DNA of 64,000 bases. Origin: Flavobacteriales bacterium. GTDB taxonomy: Bacteria; Bacteroidota; Bacteroidia; Flavobacteriales_F; PHOS-HE28. The DNA is taken from positions 23,922-87,921 of the forward strand of contig JBEPUG010000001.1 in the NCBI GenBank assembly GCA_041691695.1. Direction: 5' to 3'. The notes under the pieces were generated by a model, which was not told where the DNA came from, did not search any database, and saw only the letters and a program-made list of their open reading frames with translations. The position numbers and the translations under genes were made by a program. The number at the start of each line of letters is the position of its first letter. Positions within the stretch are counted from its first letter, which is position 1. Below are positions 45,953 to 59,576 of the stretch, one piece after another.

Positions 45953-47221
45953 TCAATTCGGTTGTTTGTTCTTGCCTTCAGCGGCTTGGGCCTCTGTAGC
46001 GACCTGCGTCTTGGATGAATCCGCGACGGCGTTGCCTACGGAAGGACCGGATGACTTCTCAAAGATCGGCAACAGGATATTCCACACCTTGAATGCCCCA
46101 GCACTTTCCACGGTCAGCGGCGCTTGCATGTTGTAGTGCGAGATACCACAGACCTTGTTGCACAAGAGGATGTAGTCGAAATCCGGGTTGCCGGTGATGG
46201 TGCGCATGCTATCCGTTGTGATCGTTGGCACAAGATGGATACGAGTGGTCATGCCTGGCACCGCGTTCATTTGGGCCCGCATGTGGGGCAAATAGACGCT
46301 GTGTATCACATCTTGGCTGCGGATCAGCAGTTCCACTTCGGTGTTCAACGGCAGATGGAACTCCTTGGTGATCTTATCGTCGGAACCATGCAAATAGGCG
46401 CTGTTGTTCCCATTGGCCGCGATGTCCTGTTCCATCAGGGTGCGCAGGTTCATAATGCCTTCGGATTCTCTTTCCAGATGTGAGATGTGGTCATCCATAT
46501 CCCCCAGCTTATCCTTGGGCAGATCCGTTGACCCTGCTTCACGATCAGCCTTTTCCTTATCGGTCTGGTCGCGTAATTCCGTTAGGCGTTTGGCGATGGT
46601 AGCACGCGTCACTACGCCCAATGGATTGTCCCCATCGATCAAGCGGAAATCGGTGGCTCCCAACTGGCCATCCTTGCCGGGATAGCGAAAGGTCCAATCG
46701 AACTGCTTCGCATAGATCTCCACCTCCATGGTCCCGGGCGCTGGCGCTGCAGTGATACTATTCCAAACCGTGAGACCATAGATAATGACCCCGATCAGAA
46801 CTACGGCCGGGATCACCGTCCAAGCCATCTCCAATCTGTTGTTGTGGGGATACCAGTGGGCTTTCCTGCCCGCTCTGTGATAATAGCGGCCTGCGAAGTA
46901 GAACAGGGCGATGTTGGTACCGAAGAAGACGATGCCAAGCAGGTACCAGTTGAAGCGGAACATTCCATCGATCAACACACCTTGGGTACTGGCGGGCGGC
47001 GGCAGGAAGACACTTTGGTAGTGGATGGGTATCCAGATGAAGAAAGAAAGGTAGAGGGCGCCGAAAGCCCACATCATCCGTCCTGTGAGGCGATTGTCAC
47101 GCTCCGGGATCTCCTCCTGCCGTTGGCCGCGCAGGGTGGCGGTAAGCTCGGCCACTCGGCTCAGGCGGAAGACCACCAGAAGGCCGAGGACCACTACGGC
47201 AAGGATCAACAAGGTCGTCAT
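45953..47221 (-). CDS. coxB: Cytochrome c oxidase subunit II (CuA)
   Basis: N-terminal TM helices are followed by the CuA ligands in DVIHSVYLPHMRAQMNAVPG and CNKVCGISHYNM. Confidence 0.9.
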   Translation of the reverse strand: MTTLLILAVVVLGLLVVFRLSRVAELTATLRGQRQEEIPERDNRLTGRMMWAFGALYLSFFIWIPIHYQSVFLPPPASTQGVLIDGMFRFNWYLLGIVFFGTNIALFYFAGRYYHRAGRKAHWYPHNNRLEMAWTVIPAVVLIGVIIYGLTVWNSITAAPAPGTMEVEIYAKQFDWTFRYPGKDGQLGATDFRLIDGDNPLGVVTRATIAKRLTELRDQTDKEKADREAGSTDLPKDKLGDMDDHISHLERESEGIMNLRTLMEQDIAANGNNSAYLHGSDDKITKEFHLPLNTEVELLIRSQDVIHSVYLPHMRAQMNAVPGMTTRIHLVPTITTDSMRTITGNPDFDYILLCNKVCGISHYNMQAPLTVESAGAFKVWNILLPIFEKSSGPSVGNAVADSSKTQVATEAQAAEGKNKQPN

Positions 47222-47251
47222 GCTATTCGATTATGCGCGGTGATGGTCCGG

Positions 47252-48460
47252 TCAGATATGATGATGTACGCTCTCCTCGAGGAACGGATGATGCACCACA
47301 GTAAGCGGCGCCTTGGCCAAGGTACTGAAGACCGTACGGATGAACAGACCGAGAAAGCCCAGCAGGAATCCGATCTCCAAGATACCAATGTGATGGAAGT
47401 GGTCGCCCAAGGTTCCCGGCAGGATCATTTGCTGTACATCCAGCCAATGACCCAAGAAGATCAGCGTGCATACACCGATCAGGAATTTTGAATTCCGCTT
47501 GGAATCGCGGCTCATCAACAACACCATAGGCAGAGCGAAGTTAGTGAAGTACATGCCCCACATCAGGCCGGGATAGTCGTTGATGCGCTGTTGGAAGTAG
47601 ATCACCTCCTCAGGGATATTGGCATACCAGTAGAGCAGGAATTGGGCGAAGTACAGGTAGCTCCACAGGAAGCTTACGGCGAACACCCACTTGGCCATGT
47701 CCTGGATGTGGCTGCCATTGACTTGGGGCAGATAGCCCTTGCCCTTCAGATACAACGTGATGACGACTGCCGTGATCATGGCGCTGATCCACATACCGGA
47801 GAAGACATACCAGCCGAAGAGGGCGCTGTGCCAATGCACGTCAATGCTCATGATCCAATCCCAAGCCAGCAAGGTGCTGAAGAAGGCGAATAGCACCATG
47901 AAGATCACACCACGGCGATAGTTCGCCCAATGCAGGCGAAGAAGGGACTCGCCCGTCTCATGATCCATCTTCAGGCTTTGCGCACGGAACCAACGGGCGA
48001 AGAGTATGAACACTGTGAGCATCACAATGGTCCGTACCCAGAAGAAGGGCAGGTTCAAATAGATGTTCAGTCCCTTGAGATGCGGATCGTAATGGTCCAG
48101 GTCACTGACCATATGCACGCGATGGTCCATCCAGCCCCAGAGGTGATTGATACCGAAGGTGCCGGCCAAGAGACAGATCAGAACCACCACTGCTCCAATA
48201 GGCAGAAAGCCCATGACGCCCTCATATACCCGCTTCACAAGTACGGTCCATGCGGTTTCGGTAATGTAGTTCAAAGCGAAGAAGAAAAGAGTGCCCAACG
48301 AGATGAAGAAGAAGAAGATCCCACTGGCGAAGAAGGCCGCCCAAGTGTGCTGATGCTGCTCGGTATGGTCACCGATGGCACCGATGATGGCCATGACGAG
48401 GCCGATGATGATCAACGCCATGCTGATCGCCTTGGCCCGTTTGCTAAAAGTGAAATTCAT
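47252..48460 (-). CDS. actF: Alternative complex III subunit ActF (polytopic quinol-site-like subunit)
   Basis: The ATG is at 48460 (MNFTFSKRAKAISMALII). The protein has about 10 TM segments and occupies the last position of the act cluster, before coxB. Confidence 0.8.
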   Translation of the reverse strand: MNFTFSKRAKAISMALIIIGLVMAIIGAIGDHTEQHQHTWAAFFASGIFFFFISLGTLFFFALNYITETAWTVLVKRVYEGVMGFLPIGAVVVLICLLAGTFGINHLWGWMDHRVHMVSDLDHYDPHLKGLNIYLNLPFFWVRTIVMLTVFILFARWFRAQSLKMDHETGESLLRLHWANYRRGVIFMVLFAFFSTLLAWDWIMSIDVHWHSALFGWYVFSGMWISAMITAVVITLYLKGKGYLPQVNGSHIQDMAKWVFAVSFLWSYLYFAQFLLYWYANIPEEVIYFQQRINDYPGLMWGMYFTNFALPMVLLMSRDSKRNSKFLIGVCTLIFLGHWLDVQQMILPGTLGDHFHHIGILEIGFLLGFLGLFIRTVFSTLAKAPLTVVHHPFLEESVHHHI

Positions 48461-48476
48461 CGCTGCTTCCGTTTGT

Positions 48477-49169
48477 TCACTTGCCCGCCATGGTTGTCGT
48501 AGCGGTGCTGTCGCTTGCCGCACCGGGCATCTTTCCGTCGTTCTGCAGATACTTCACATACTGGATCACCAGCCAGCGCTCCTTATGGTCTATCTGGCTT
48601 GCGTGACTTCCCATGGCGATGTTCTTTCCGTAAGTGAGCGAATGGAACATCTTGCCTTCCGGCAGGTCCTTCAGTGCCCCGTCGTATGCGGGCGGAGGTG
48701 GGTAGCCACCCTTCGTCACCACAGTGCCATCACCTTTACCTGCGGGACCATGGCATTCCACACAGAATTTCATGAAGATCACTTGGCCTTCTTCCACGGT
48801 CTCGGTGGTCATGGGGATAGGGCTGTGCAGATCGCGGCCGGCCTCCTCATAGCCTTCCGGCGTGTTGGGGTAGGGATACGGGAAATTGAATTGTGCGTCG
48901 GACTCATCCTCCGCAAAGGGTATAGTTCCTGCGGCCGGTAGACGAGCGCTTGGTGTTTCGCGTTGCGCATCCACCAGGCTGTCACCGAAATAGTAAGGGT
49001 CCTGGCCGTAATCGACATAGGCCTCGATGGCCGGACTGCGATACATGTCCGGCATGTATTCCAAGCCCGGGCTGTTCGGGTCATGCGAGCAACCGGTGGC
49101 CAGGATGATCGCGCCCACGCCGGCAATGGCGGTCAATAGGGAGACGGGGTTCGACATCGCTCTCAGCAT
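48477..49169 (-). CDS. actE: Alternative complex III subunit ActE (monohaem cytochrome c lipoprotein)
   Basis: Lipobox IILATGCS, EYMPDMYRSPA, and a single CxxCH motif in FCVECHGPAGKGDG. Confidence 0.85.
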   Translation of the reverse strand: MLRAMSNPVSLLTAIAGVGAIILATGCSHDPNSPGLEYMPDMYRSPAIEAYVDYGQDPYYFGDSLVDAQRETPSARLPAAGTIPFAEDESDAQFNFPYPYPNTPEGYEEAGRDLHSPIPMTTETVEEGQVIFMKFCVECHGPAGKGDGTVVTKGGYPPPPAYDGALKDLPEGKMFHSLTYGKNIAMGSHASQIDHKERWLVIQYVKYLQNDGKMPGAASDSTATTTMAGK

Positions 49170-49696
49170 TGGCGTTCGTTGATCTCGAACACGGGTGTTT
49201 CACGGAGCATGCCGGTGATCGCGTCCGCGTCGTGTCCGTGATTGTCCTCTGTACGCAGCTCAATAATGAACTTGTCGTTAGTGCTTCGCGGATCCGGATT
49301 GCGGCCTGGCATGCCGGGAAGGGTCTTGTTACGGATCAGGTAGGTGATGGCCATCCCGTGCGCCGCACAAAGCACGGTGAACTCGAACAGCACCGGCACG
49401 AAGGCGGCGATGTTCTGGTAGAAGTTCTCGTTCGGTTTCCCCCCGATATCCATCGGCCAATCATAGATCATCATGTAATAGGTGCCGAGGAGGGCCAAGG
49501 AGAGGCCTAAGGAACCGAACATGAAGGAAACGATACCAAGGCGCGTGCGCTTGAGGCCGATGATAGGGTCGATGCCGTGCACAGGGAACGGGCTGAAGAC
49601 GTCGCGCACCTTCACCCCTGCCGTGACCAGCTTACGGGCGGCGCCCTTCAACAACTCGGGGTCTTCGTAGACCGCGTATATGACTCTGTTCGCCAT
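49163..49696 (-). CDS. actD: Alternative complex III subunit ActD (DUF3341)
   Basis: The ATG at 49696 gives MANRVIYAVYEDPELLKGAARKL followed by two TM helices. The ORF track starts at a TTG at 49705. Confidence 0.85.
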   Translation of the reverse strand: MANRVIYAVYEDPELLKGAARKLVTAGVKVRDVFSPFPVHGIDPIIGLKRTRLGIVSFMFGSLGLSLALLGTYYMMIYDWPMDIGGKPNENFYQNIAAFVPVLFEFTVLCAAHGMAITYLIRNKTLPGMPGRNPDPRSTNDKFIIELRTEDNHGHDADAITGMLRETPVFEINERQC

Positions 49697-49701
49697 TCCG
49701 C

Positions 49702-51096
49702 TCAATGCTGTGATTTGGGTAACACGTCCCCCTTGTAGCTCTCACCGCTGCCCTTGAGGATCGTCTTCAATTCATTGAACGCCAGCACCGGGAAGAAGCG
49801 GGCGAAGAGCAGGTAAAGTGTGAAGAAGATACCAATGGTCCCAAGGAATGTACCCACGTCCACCCAGGTCGGGTAGAACATGGTCCAGCTACTTGGCAGG
49901 TAATCATGGTGCAGGCAGAGCACGATGATGTCGAAGCGCTCGAACCACATGCCCACATTGATGACGATCGAGATGGCCCAGGCCCAGAAAAAGCTCGTCC
50001 GGATGGGTTTGAACCAAAGCATCGAAGGAATGAGGATGTTGCAGATGATCAACGCCCAGAAGGCCCATGCGTACTGGCCGGTCGCTGCGCCTACGGACAT
50101 GTAGGTGTATGCCTCGTATTCAACACCACTGTACCAGCTCATGAAGAACTCCGTACCGTAGGCCACTGCAACGATACCGCCGGTGACCATGATCACGATA
50201 TTCATGTATTCCACGTGCTTGCGTGTCACGTAGGCCTCGAGTTTCATCGCCTTGCGCATCACCAGCAGGAGTGTCTGCACCATGGCGAATCCAGAGAAGA
50301 TAGCACCGGCCACGAAGTAGGGTGGGAAGATCGTGCTGTGCCAACCGGGAACCAGTGAGGTGGCGAAGTCCATGGACACCACCGAGTGAACGGAGAACAC
50401 CAACGGTGTAGCAAGACCTGCGAGTACCAGGCTGACCTCTTCAAACCGCTGCCATGCCTTCGCATTACCGGACCATCCGAAAGAGAGGATCCCGTAGAAC
50501 TTCTTCTGCCATTTTTTCACCACTTGGTCACGGATGGTGGCGAAGTCGGGGATCAGGCCGATGTACCAATAAACTATGGAGACGGAGAAGTAGGTGGAGA
50601 TAGCGAACACGTCCCACAACAGCGGCGAGTTGAAGTTCACCCAGAGCGAACCGAACTGATTGGGCAAAGGGAACACGAAGTAGGCCAGCCAAATGCGACC
50701 CATGTGGATCATGGGAAACACGGCGGCCATCATCACGGCGAAGATCGTCATGGCCTCCGCCGATCGGTTCACCGCCATCCGCCAGCGCTGACGGAAGAGC
50801 AGCAGTACCGCACTGATGAGCGTGCCGGCATGGCCGATGCCCACCCACCACACGAAATTGGTGATGTCCCAAGCCCAGTCGATCGTCTTGTTCAGACCCC
50901 AAGATCCGATCCCATGACTGATGAGATAGAGGATGCAGCCAACACCATAAGTGGCGATAAGTGAGGCGATGGTAAGAAGGACGTACCAAGTGGTGGAAGC
51001 CTTGTTCTCAATGGGGGCGATCACGTCGGCGGTGATGTCCCCATAAGTCCGGTGGCCCAGGATGAGCGGTGGTCGGATCGCTGCTTCTTGATGCAT
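49702..51096 (-). CDS. actC: Alternative complex III subunit ActC (NrfD/PsrC-like quinol-oxidising membrane subunit)
   Basis: 464-aa polytopic protein located directly after the Fe-S/molybdopterin-like subunit. Confidence 0.88.
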   Translation of the reverse strand: MHQEAAIRPPLILGHRTYGDITADVIAPIENKASTTWYVLLTIASLIATYGVGCILYLISHGIGSWGLNKTIDWAWDITNFVWWVGIGHAGTLISAVLLLFRQRWRMAVNRSAEAMTIFAVMMAAVFPMIHMGRIWLAYFVFPLPNQFGSLWVNFNSPLLWDVFAISTYFSVSIVYWYIGLIPDFATIRDQVVKKWQKKFYGILSFGWSGNAKAWQRFEEVSLVLAGLATPLVFSVHSVVSMDFATSLVPGWHSTIFPPYFVAGAIFSGFAMVQTLLLVMRKAMKLEAYVTRKHVEYMNIVIMVTGGIVAVAYGTEFFMSWYSGVEYEAYTYMSVGAATGQYAWAFWALIICNILIPSMLWFKPIRTSFFWAWAISIVINVGMWFERFDIIVLCLHHDYLPSSWTMFYPTWVDVGTFLGTIGIFFTLYLLFARFFPVLAFNELKTILKGSGESYKGDVLPKSQH

Positions 51097-51110
51097 ATCG
51101 CGGTTCTCTC

Positions 51111-54398
<3,288 letters not shown>

Positions 54399-54417
54399 CT
54401 GTCTGCGCTGTTCGGTC

Positions 54418-55731
54418 TTAGTAATGGCACTTGGCGCACTCCCAGCCGCCAAGTTCACGAACGGTGATCTTCTCGTCCTCCAAGTATTTGCGGAGCTCCT
54501 GCTGGCCCATGGGGGTGGTGGCGAGCCGGCGGTGGATCTCCTTGTAGTAGCCATTCTTGGAATCGACCACTTTCACCTCGGTCTTGTTGTGGCAATCAAT
54601 GCACCAGCCCATGGTGAGGGGACTCCACTGCTCCACTTGGTCCATCTTGGTATCGACCGGTCCATGGCACTTTTGGCATTCGATCTTACCTATTGCCACG
54701 TGCTGTTCATGGCTGAAATAGACAAGGTCCGGCAGGTTGTGCACCTTGTTCCAGACCAGTGGCTTCTCATGCCCGGTATATGTGTTGGTGGCGGGGTCCC
54801 AGCCCACGGCCTCGTAGATCTTGGCGATCTCAGCAGTGCCCGTCTTTGGCCCTTGGCTGATGGCCTTGTGGCAATTCATGCACACGTTGGCGCTAGGGAT
54901 ACCTGCGTGTTTGCTTTTTTCCGCACCACTGTGACAGTACTGGCAGTTGATGGCGAGATTATCCTTGCCCGCGTGCAGTGTGTGGTCGAACTTGATGGGC
55001 TGTGTGGGCTTATAGTGCGCCACTGTATCGCCGCCATAGACACCGATGCGGAACAGGAAATTCCAGCAGAGGATCAGGACCCACACCAGGACGATCAGTC
55101 CGACCACGGAGGCCCAACCCTTGTTACGGCCGGCCCAGCGCCACATGCGCCCACCAGTGGAGAGTGGCTCTTGGGGCGCAAGCCCCTCTTTTTCGCGGAC
55201 CGCATTGGACAGCTGATAACGGACGCCGCTCAGGGAAAGCAATACGACAAGCAGAACAAGGCCTATGATCACCCACCATTCCCAGTTACTTGAAGGTGCC
55301 TTTTCACTAGGTGCGGCTGCTTGGGGCTTGGCGCTCGCCGGAGGAGCGTAGTTGTCCGCGAAATAGAGGACGGCATCGATCTGATCGTTCGTGAGAGCCT
55401 GCGGAGGCATCACGATCTTGTTATTGTCCTCGTAAAGCTGCTTGGCGTGCTCGTTCCCACTTTGGATATAGGCCTGGCTGTTCTTCACCCAGAGGTGCAC
55501 ATCGCCTTTGCCGTCCCAATCCGCCTTGGCACCCTGCAATTTGGGGCCGGTCATCTTCTGGTCCGGCTTATGGCAGCTGGCGCAGTTCTCCTTGAAGACC
55601 TTCTCCCCCGTGGCGTACGTTGCCTTGTCGGCCTGAGCCATGGTCCCGGAGGACAGCAGCAGGGCGATCAGCAGTACAGGAAGGTGGAGTAGCCCGGTTG
55701 AAAGTTTTGTAAGCCTTGGTACGAGGGGCAT
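54418..55731 (-). CDS. actA: Alternative complex III subunit ActA, multihaem cytochrome c with six CxxCH motifs (extra N-terminal monohaem domain)
   Basis: The ATG is at 55731. The CxxCH motifs are CASCH, CQYCH, CMNCH, CQKCH, CIDCH and CAKCH. A TM helix lies between the first and second motifs. Confidence 0.85.
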   Translation of the reverse strand: MPLVPRLTKLSTGLLHLPVLLIALLLSSGTMAQADKATYATGEKVFKENCASCHKPDQKMTGPKLQGAKADWDGKGDVHLWVKNSQAYIQSGNEHAKQLYEDNNKIVMPPQALTNDQIDAVLYFADNYAPPASAKPQAAAPSEKAPSSNWEWWVIIGLVLLVVLLSLSGVRYQLSNAVREKEGLAPQEPLSTGGRMWRWAGRNKGWASVVGLIVLVWVLILCWNFLFRIGVYGGDTVAHYKPTQPIKFDHTLHAGKDNLAINCQYCHSGAEKSKHAGIPSANVCMNCHKAISQGPKTGTAEIAKIYEAVGWDPATNTYTGHEKPLVWNKVHNLPDLVYFSHEQHVAIGKIECQKCHGPVDTKMDQVEQWSPLTMGWCIDCHNKTEVKVVDSKNGYYKEIHRRLATTPMGQQELRKYLEDEKITVRELGGWECAKCHY

Positions 55732-55774
55732 TCCGGACGATTTAAGAGGCGGATCGCGGTGGATCTTCACCGCG

Positions 55775-55782
55775 CAAAAATA
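55775..55782 (-). promoter_or_regulatory. Candidate -7 promoter box (TATTTTTG on the minus strand) for the act-cox operon
   Basis: It matches TAnnTTTG and lies 44 nt upstream of the actA ATG. Confidence 0.35.
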
Positions 55783-56089
55783 GACGCGAAGGGATACGAC
55801 CGAAGCCCGGATGCCATCGCAGGTCGCGGAAGTGTCCTATTTAGACGCATTCTAAACATTGACAGAGTTGCGGAACTCCGCAGCATCATTGATGAATTGA
55901 CCGTCATGGGCATGTCATTTCACCCCCTGTGCATTCCACCTCTTCTTGCCCTGGATCATTCGACCGGGAAGTACCTAACAACCTGCTAAGCAATTCCCAC
56001 ACTTGATGCTTCGTGCTGCAAGCGCCTCATCCATGTTCCCTAAGTGCTACCCAATGGATATGGCCTATTCCTTGCGTGCGTCCCACCGA

Positions 56090-56097
56090 TACATTTG
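56090..56097 (+). promoter_or_regulatory. Candidate -7 promoter box (TACATTTG) abutting the SPOR gene start
   Basis: It matches TAnnTTTG and ends 6 nt before the ATG at 56104. Confidence 0.3.
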
Positions 56098-56103
56098 ACG
56101 CCG

Positions 56104-56562
56104 ATGCGCACCATGACCTTCCTGCTGGCGACCCTCTTCGCTACATGGGCCCAAGCCCAAAGCGTTCCCCGCTCGTTCACATCCATGCCCTCCGACAGCG
56201 CCCGGGTCCACGCCACTGTAAGGGACAGCGTGCACCCGGGCACTGTCACCATCATTGAAAATGGACAGGTCACCGCACTGATGGCGGACTATGCTTCACG
56301 CGAGCGCTCACTGAAAGGCTTTCGGATCCAGGTCTTTCTGGGGGACCGCGCCTCGGCGGAAAACACTCGACGATCCTTTCTGCTGAAACATCCTGACACT
56401 CCGGCCTACCTCAGCTATCTCGCACCGAATTTCCGTGTCCGTGTTGGCGATCTGCGCGATCGTGTGGCCGCTGAAAAACTGCTGGAGGACCTCAGAACCG
56501 AGTTTCCGGGATCTTACGTGGTCCCGGACGATATCGAACTGCCGAGCCTCTTGGGGCAGTGA
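56104..56562 (+). CDS. SPOR domain-containing protein
   Basis: The signal peptide is MRTMTFLLATLFATWAQA. The C-terminal GFRIQVFLGDRASAENTRRSFLLKHPDTPAYLSYLAPNFRVRVGDLRDRVAAEKLLEDL is SPOR-like. Confidence 0.75.
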   Translation: MRTMTFLLATLFATWAQAQSVPRSFTSMPSDSARVHATVRDSVHPGTVTIIENGQVTALMADYASRERSLKGFRIQVFLGDRASAENTRRSFLLKHPDTPAYLSYLAPNFRVRVGDLRDRVAAEKLLEDLRTEFPGSYVVPDDIELPSLLGQ

Positions 56563-56783
56563 CGATCTGTTAGCTGAGCGGGTGCCCTCCACTGAGTGTG
56601 ATGAACATCGTGTGTTGGCCTTTCAGCCCAGAGGTATCAACTGTAAATCCCATCAAGGTCTTCCGCCGTAGATTGAAGACATTGAACTGCTGTTCAATTG
56701 GACCATATAGCGCAGGTGCTGGTCGTTAGACCATAGAAAGTTGAAGCGCCCCCCGAGAACTGACAAGGGCGAAACTGACAACC

Positions 56784-59510
56784 CTACCCTTCCAACGTAC
56801 GCTTCACTTCGATCATCTCGAAGGCCTCGACGTGGTCCCCTACCTTGATGTCGTTAAAGTTCTTGATGCTGAGGCCGCACTCGTAACCGTGTGTCACCTC
56901 CTTCGCATCATCCTTGAAACGCTTGAGGTCGCTGAGGTCACCGGTGTAGATGACAATGCTGTCGCGAATGAGACGCACCTTGCTGTTGCGTGTGATCTTG
57001 CCGTCCAGCACGTAGCAACCAGCCACGGTTCCCACCTTGCTGATGCGGAAGGTGTCGCGCACCTCAGCGGTACCGATAACGTTCTCCACCTCCTTCGGGG
57101 CAAGCATTCCTTCCATGGCGAGCTTCAGTTCCTCGATGGCATCGTAGATGATGGAGTAGAGGCGGATCTCGATTTCTTCGTTCTCGGCCAGTTTCCGCGC
57201 GCCCACTGTCGGACGAACCTGGAAGCCGACAATGATGGCGTTGGACGCGGATGCCAGCAGCACGTCGCTCTCGGCGATGGGACCCACGGCCTTGTGTATC
57301 ACATTCACCTTGATGTTTTGGGTGCTGAGCTTCAACAACGAGTCCGTCAACGCTTCGACAGAACCGTCCACGTCGCCCTTCACGATCACATTGAGTTCCT
57401 TGAAGTCACCGATGGCCAAACGTCGTCCTATCTCGTCCAGGGTGATGTGCTTGTGCGTACGTATGCCCTGCTCGCGCTGCAGCTGCTGACGGCGGGTTGC
57501 GATCTGGCGCGCCTCGCGCTCATCCGCCATCACATGGAAGCGATCGCCTGCGTTCGGTGCTCCGTCCAAGCCTAGGATCGATACAGGCATGGAAGGCCCT
57601 GCCTCGGGAACGGACTGGCCGCGCTCATTGAACATGTTCCGCACCCGACCGCTGTATTGGCCGACCAGAAGTATGTCGCCCTTATGCAAGGTGCCACCTT
57701 CCACCAATAGGGTGGTCACATAGCCGCGACCCACTTCAAGCGTGCTTTCGATCACCACGCCGGTGGCGCGCTTCTCAGGATCGGCCTTCAGGTCCAGCAG
57801 ATCGGCCTCCAACAACACCTTGTCGAGGAGCTGCTCGATCCCGATCCCCTTCTTCGCGCTGATCTCTTGCGTCTGATACTTGCCGCCCCATTCCTCTACG
57901 AGGATATTCATCTGGGAGAGCTGCTCGCGGATCTTCTCCGCATTGGCACCGTCCTTATCGATCTTGTTGAAGGCGAAGACCATGGGAACACCTGCCGCCT
58001 GCGCGTGGTTGATTGCCTCGCGTGTCTGCGGCATTACGCTGTCGTCCGCCGCGATCACGATGATGGCGATATCGGTGACCTGCGCACCACGGGCACGCAT
58101 GGCAGTAAAGGCTTCGTGGCCCGGAGTATCTAGGAAGGCGATGCGCTTCCCGTTGTCCAACTCAACGCTGTACGCGCCGATGTGCTGGGTGATACCACCT
58201 GCCTCTCCAGCGATCACATTGGCCTTGCGGATATGGTCGAGCAAGGAGGTCTTGCCATGGTCCACGTGGCCCATCACGGTGACGATAGGTGCACGAGGTT
58301 CCATCCGCTCGGGGGCATCAGCCTCCTCCACCATGGTGTCCTGTACATCCGCACCGACAAATTCCACCTTGAACCCATACTCATCGGCGATCACGGCCAA
58401 GGTCTCAGCATCGAGGCGCTGGTTGATGCTCACCATCATACCCAAGGAGAAATACGCCTTGATAATGTCGGTGATCGGAACGTCCATCATGGAGGACAAT
58501 TCGCTGGCTGTGACGAATTCGGTCACCTTCAACGTCCGGCCCGCCAACTGTCGCGCCTGGTCCTCCTCTTCGCGGCGTTGATAGCGTTCTTGGCGTTTGT
58601 CGCCCTTCCGCTTGGCACCTCGACCCCGTCCTCCACCGCCGCCGCTGGTCAGGCGCGCCAAGGTCTCGCTCACCTTTCGCTTCACGGCATTCTCGTCCAA
58701 CTCACCTGGGCGACCCGGAGGCGCAGTGCGTTGCTCCTGTTGAACCACGCGTCCCACGTTCACTGGACCGGGTTTCACGATCCGTTTGCGACGTCCGCGG
58801 TCGCGGCTGTTGTCACGTTCGGAAGGTTTGCGCTCGCGCTCCTTGGGCAATTCGATCTTGCCCACTGTCTTTGGGCCAGCAAGCTTTTGCACATTCACCC
58901 GAATGGTCTCCGGCTCAGTAGGCGCAGGAGTTGGCACTACCGGAGGCTTGGGTGCTTCCACCTTTACCGGGACAGGAGGCTTTTCGGGAATGGGCTTGGG
59001 AGCGGGTTCGCTCTTCTTGACGGGTTGTGGGCGCTTCTTCCCAGCATCCAGATCGATCTTGCCGACGGTCTTGGGGCCGGCGACCCTGGTGGGTGTCGCG
59101 CGGATCACTTCCGGTCCGGAGGTGGAAGGCACTTCGGCCTTTAGCGTCGGTTCCGCGATCGGAGCAGCTTTGGTAGCTGGTGCTTTCTCTTCCGCTGGTG
59201 GGGCGGTTGGCTGCGTCGGCTCGGCAGGGGGCACTGGAGCCTCAGGCTCCACTACGGGCGCACTGGCCAAGGCAACGACCTCGCGCTCTTGGCGCTCCTG
59301 GATCACCTGCTTGCTGGCCTGCTTCTCGGCCTTATCCTGCCCAAATTCCTTTTCGAGAAGTGCATAGAGTTCCCCTGGGATCTTTGCGTTCGGCGAAGCC
59401 TCTACTTCGTGACCCTTCGCGGCGAGGAATTCCACCACGGTATGCACGCCGAGATTGAAATCCCGCGTCACCTTGCTCAATCGCACCGTCTTTCCTTCCG
59501 TTTCGCTCAT
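56784..59510 (-). CDS. infB: Translation initiation factor IF-2
   Basis: G domain motifs [24 protein letters not shown] and NKIDK. The N-terminal region is P/A/K-rich. Confidence 0.97.
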   Translation of the reverse strand: MSETEGKTVRLSKVTRDFNLGVHTVVEFLAAKGHEVEASPNAKIPGELYALLEKEFGQDKAEKQASKQVIQERQEREVVALASAPVVEPEAPVPPAEPTQPTAPPAEEKAPATKAAPIAEPTLKAEVPSTSGPEVIRATPTRVAGPKTVGKIDLDAGKKRPQPVKKSEPAPKPIPEKPPVPVKVEAPKPPVVPTPAPTEPETIRVNVQKLAGPKTVGKIELPKERERKPSERDNSRDRGRRKRIVKPGPVNVGRVVQQEQRTAPPGRPGELDENAVKRKVSETLARLTSGGGGGRGRGAKRKGDKRQERYQRREEEDQARQLAGRTLKVTEFVTASELSSMMDVPITDIIKAYFSLGMMVSINQRLDAETLAVIADEYGFKVEFVGADVQDTMVEEADAPERMEPRAPIVTVMGHVDHGKTSLLDHIRKANVIAGEAGGITQHIGAYSVELDNGKRIAFLDTPGHEAFTAMRARGAQVTDIAIIVIAADDSVMPQTREAINHAQAAGVPMVFAFNKIDKDGANAEKIREQLSQMNILVEEWGGKYQTQEISAKKGIGIEQLLDKVLLEADLLDLKADPEKRATGVVIESTLEVGRGYVTTLLVEGGTLHKGDILLVGQYSGRVRNMFNERGQSVPEAGPSMPVSILGLDGAPNAGDRFHVMADEREARQIATRRQQLQREQGIRTHKHITLDEIGRRLAIGDFKELNVIVKGDVDGSVEALTDSLLKLSTQNIKVNVIHKAVGPIAESDVLLASASNAIIVGFQVRPTVGARKLAENEEIEIRLYSIIYDAIEELKLAMEGMLAPKEVENVIGTAEVRDTFRISKVGTVAGCYVLDGKITRNSKVRLIRDSIVIYTGDLSDLKRFKDDAKEVTHGYECGLSIKNFNDIKVGDHVEAFEMIEVKRTLEG

Positions 59511-59513
59511 GCG

Positions 59514-59576
59514 CTCCTAATTCTCGTTTTGCCCCGACTGCCTACTGCTATCTGCCACTGCCTACTGCTTCTGTTA
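59514..59576. repeat. Intergenic simple-sequence island E (nusA-infB spacer) with a 13-nt direct repeat
   Basis: ACTGCCTACTGCT occurs at 59537-59549 and 59557-59569. It shares the core ACTGCCnACT with island D. Confidence 0.5.
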
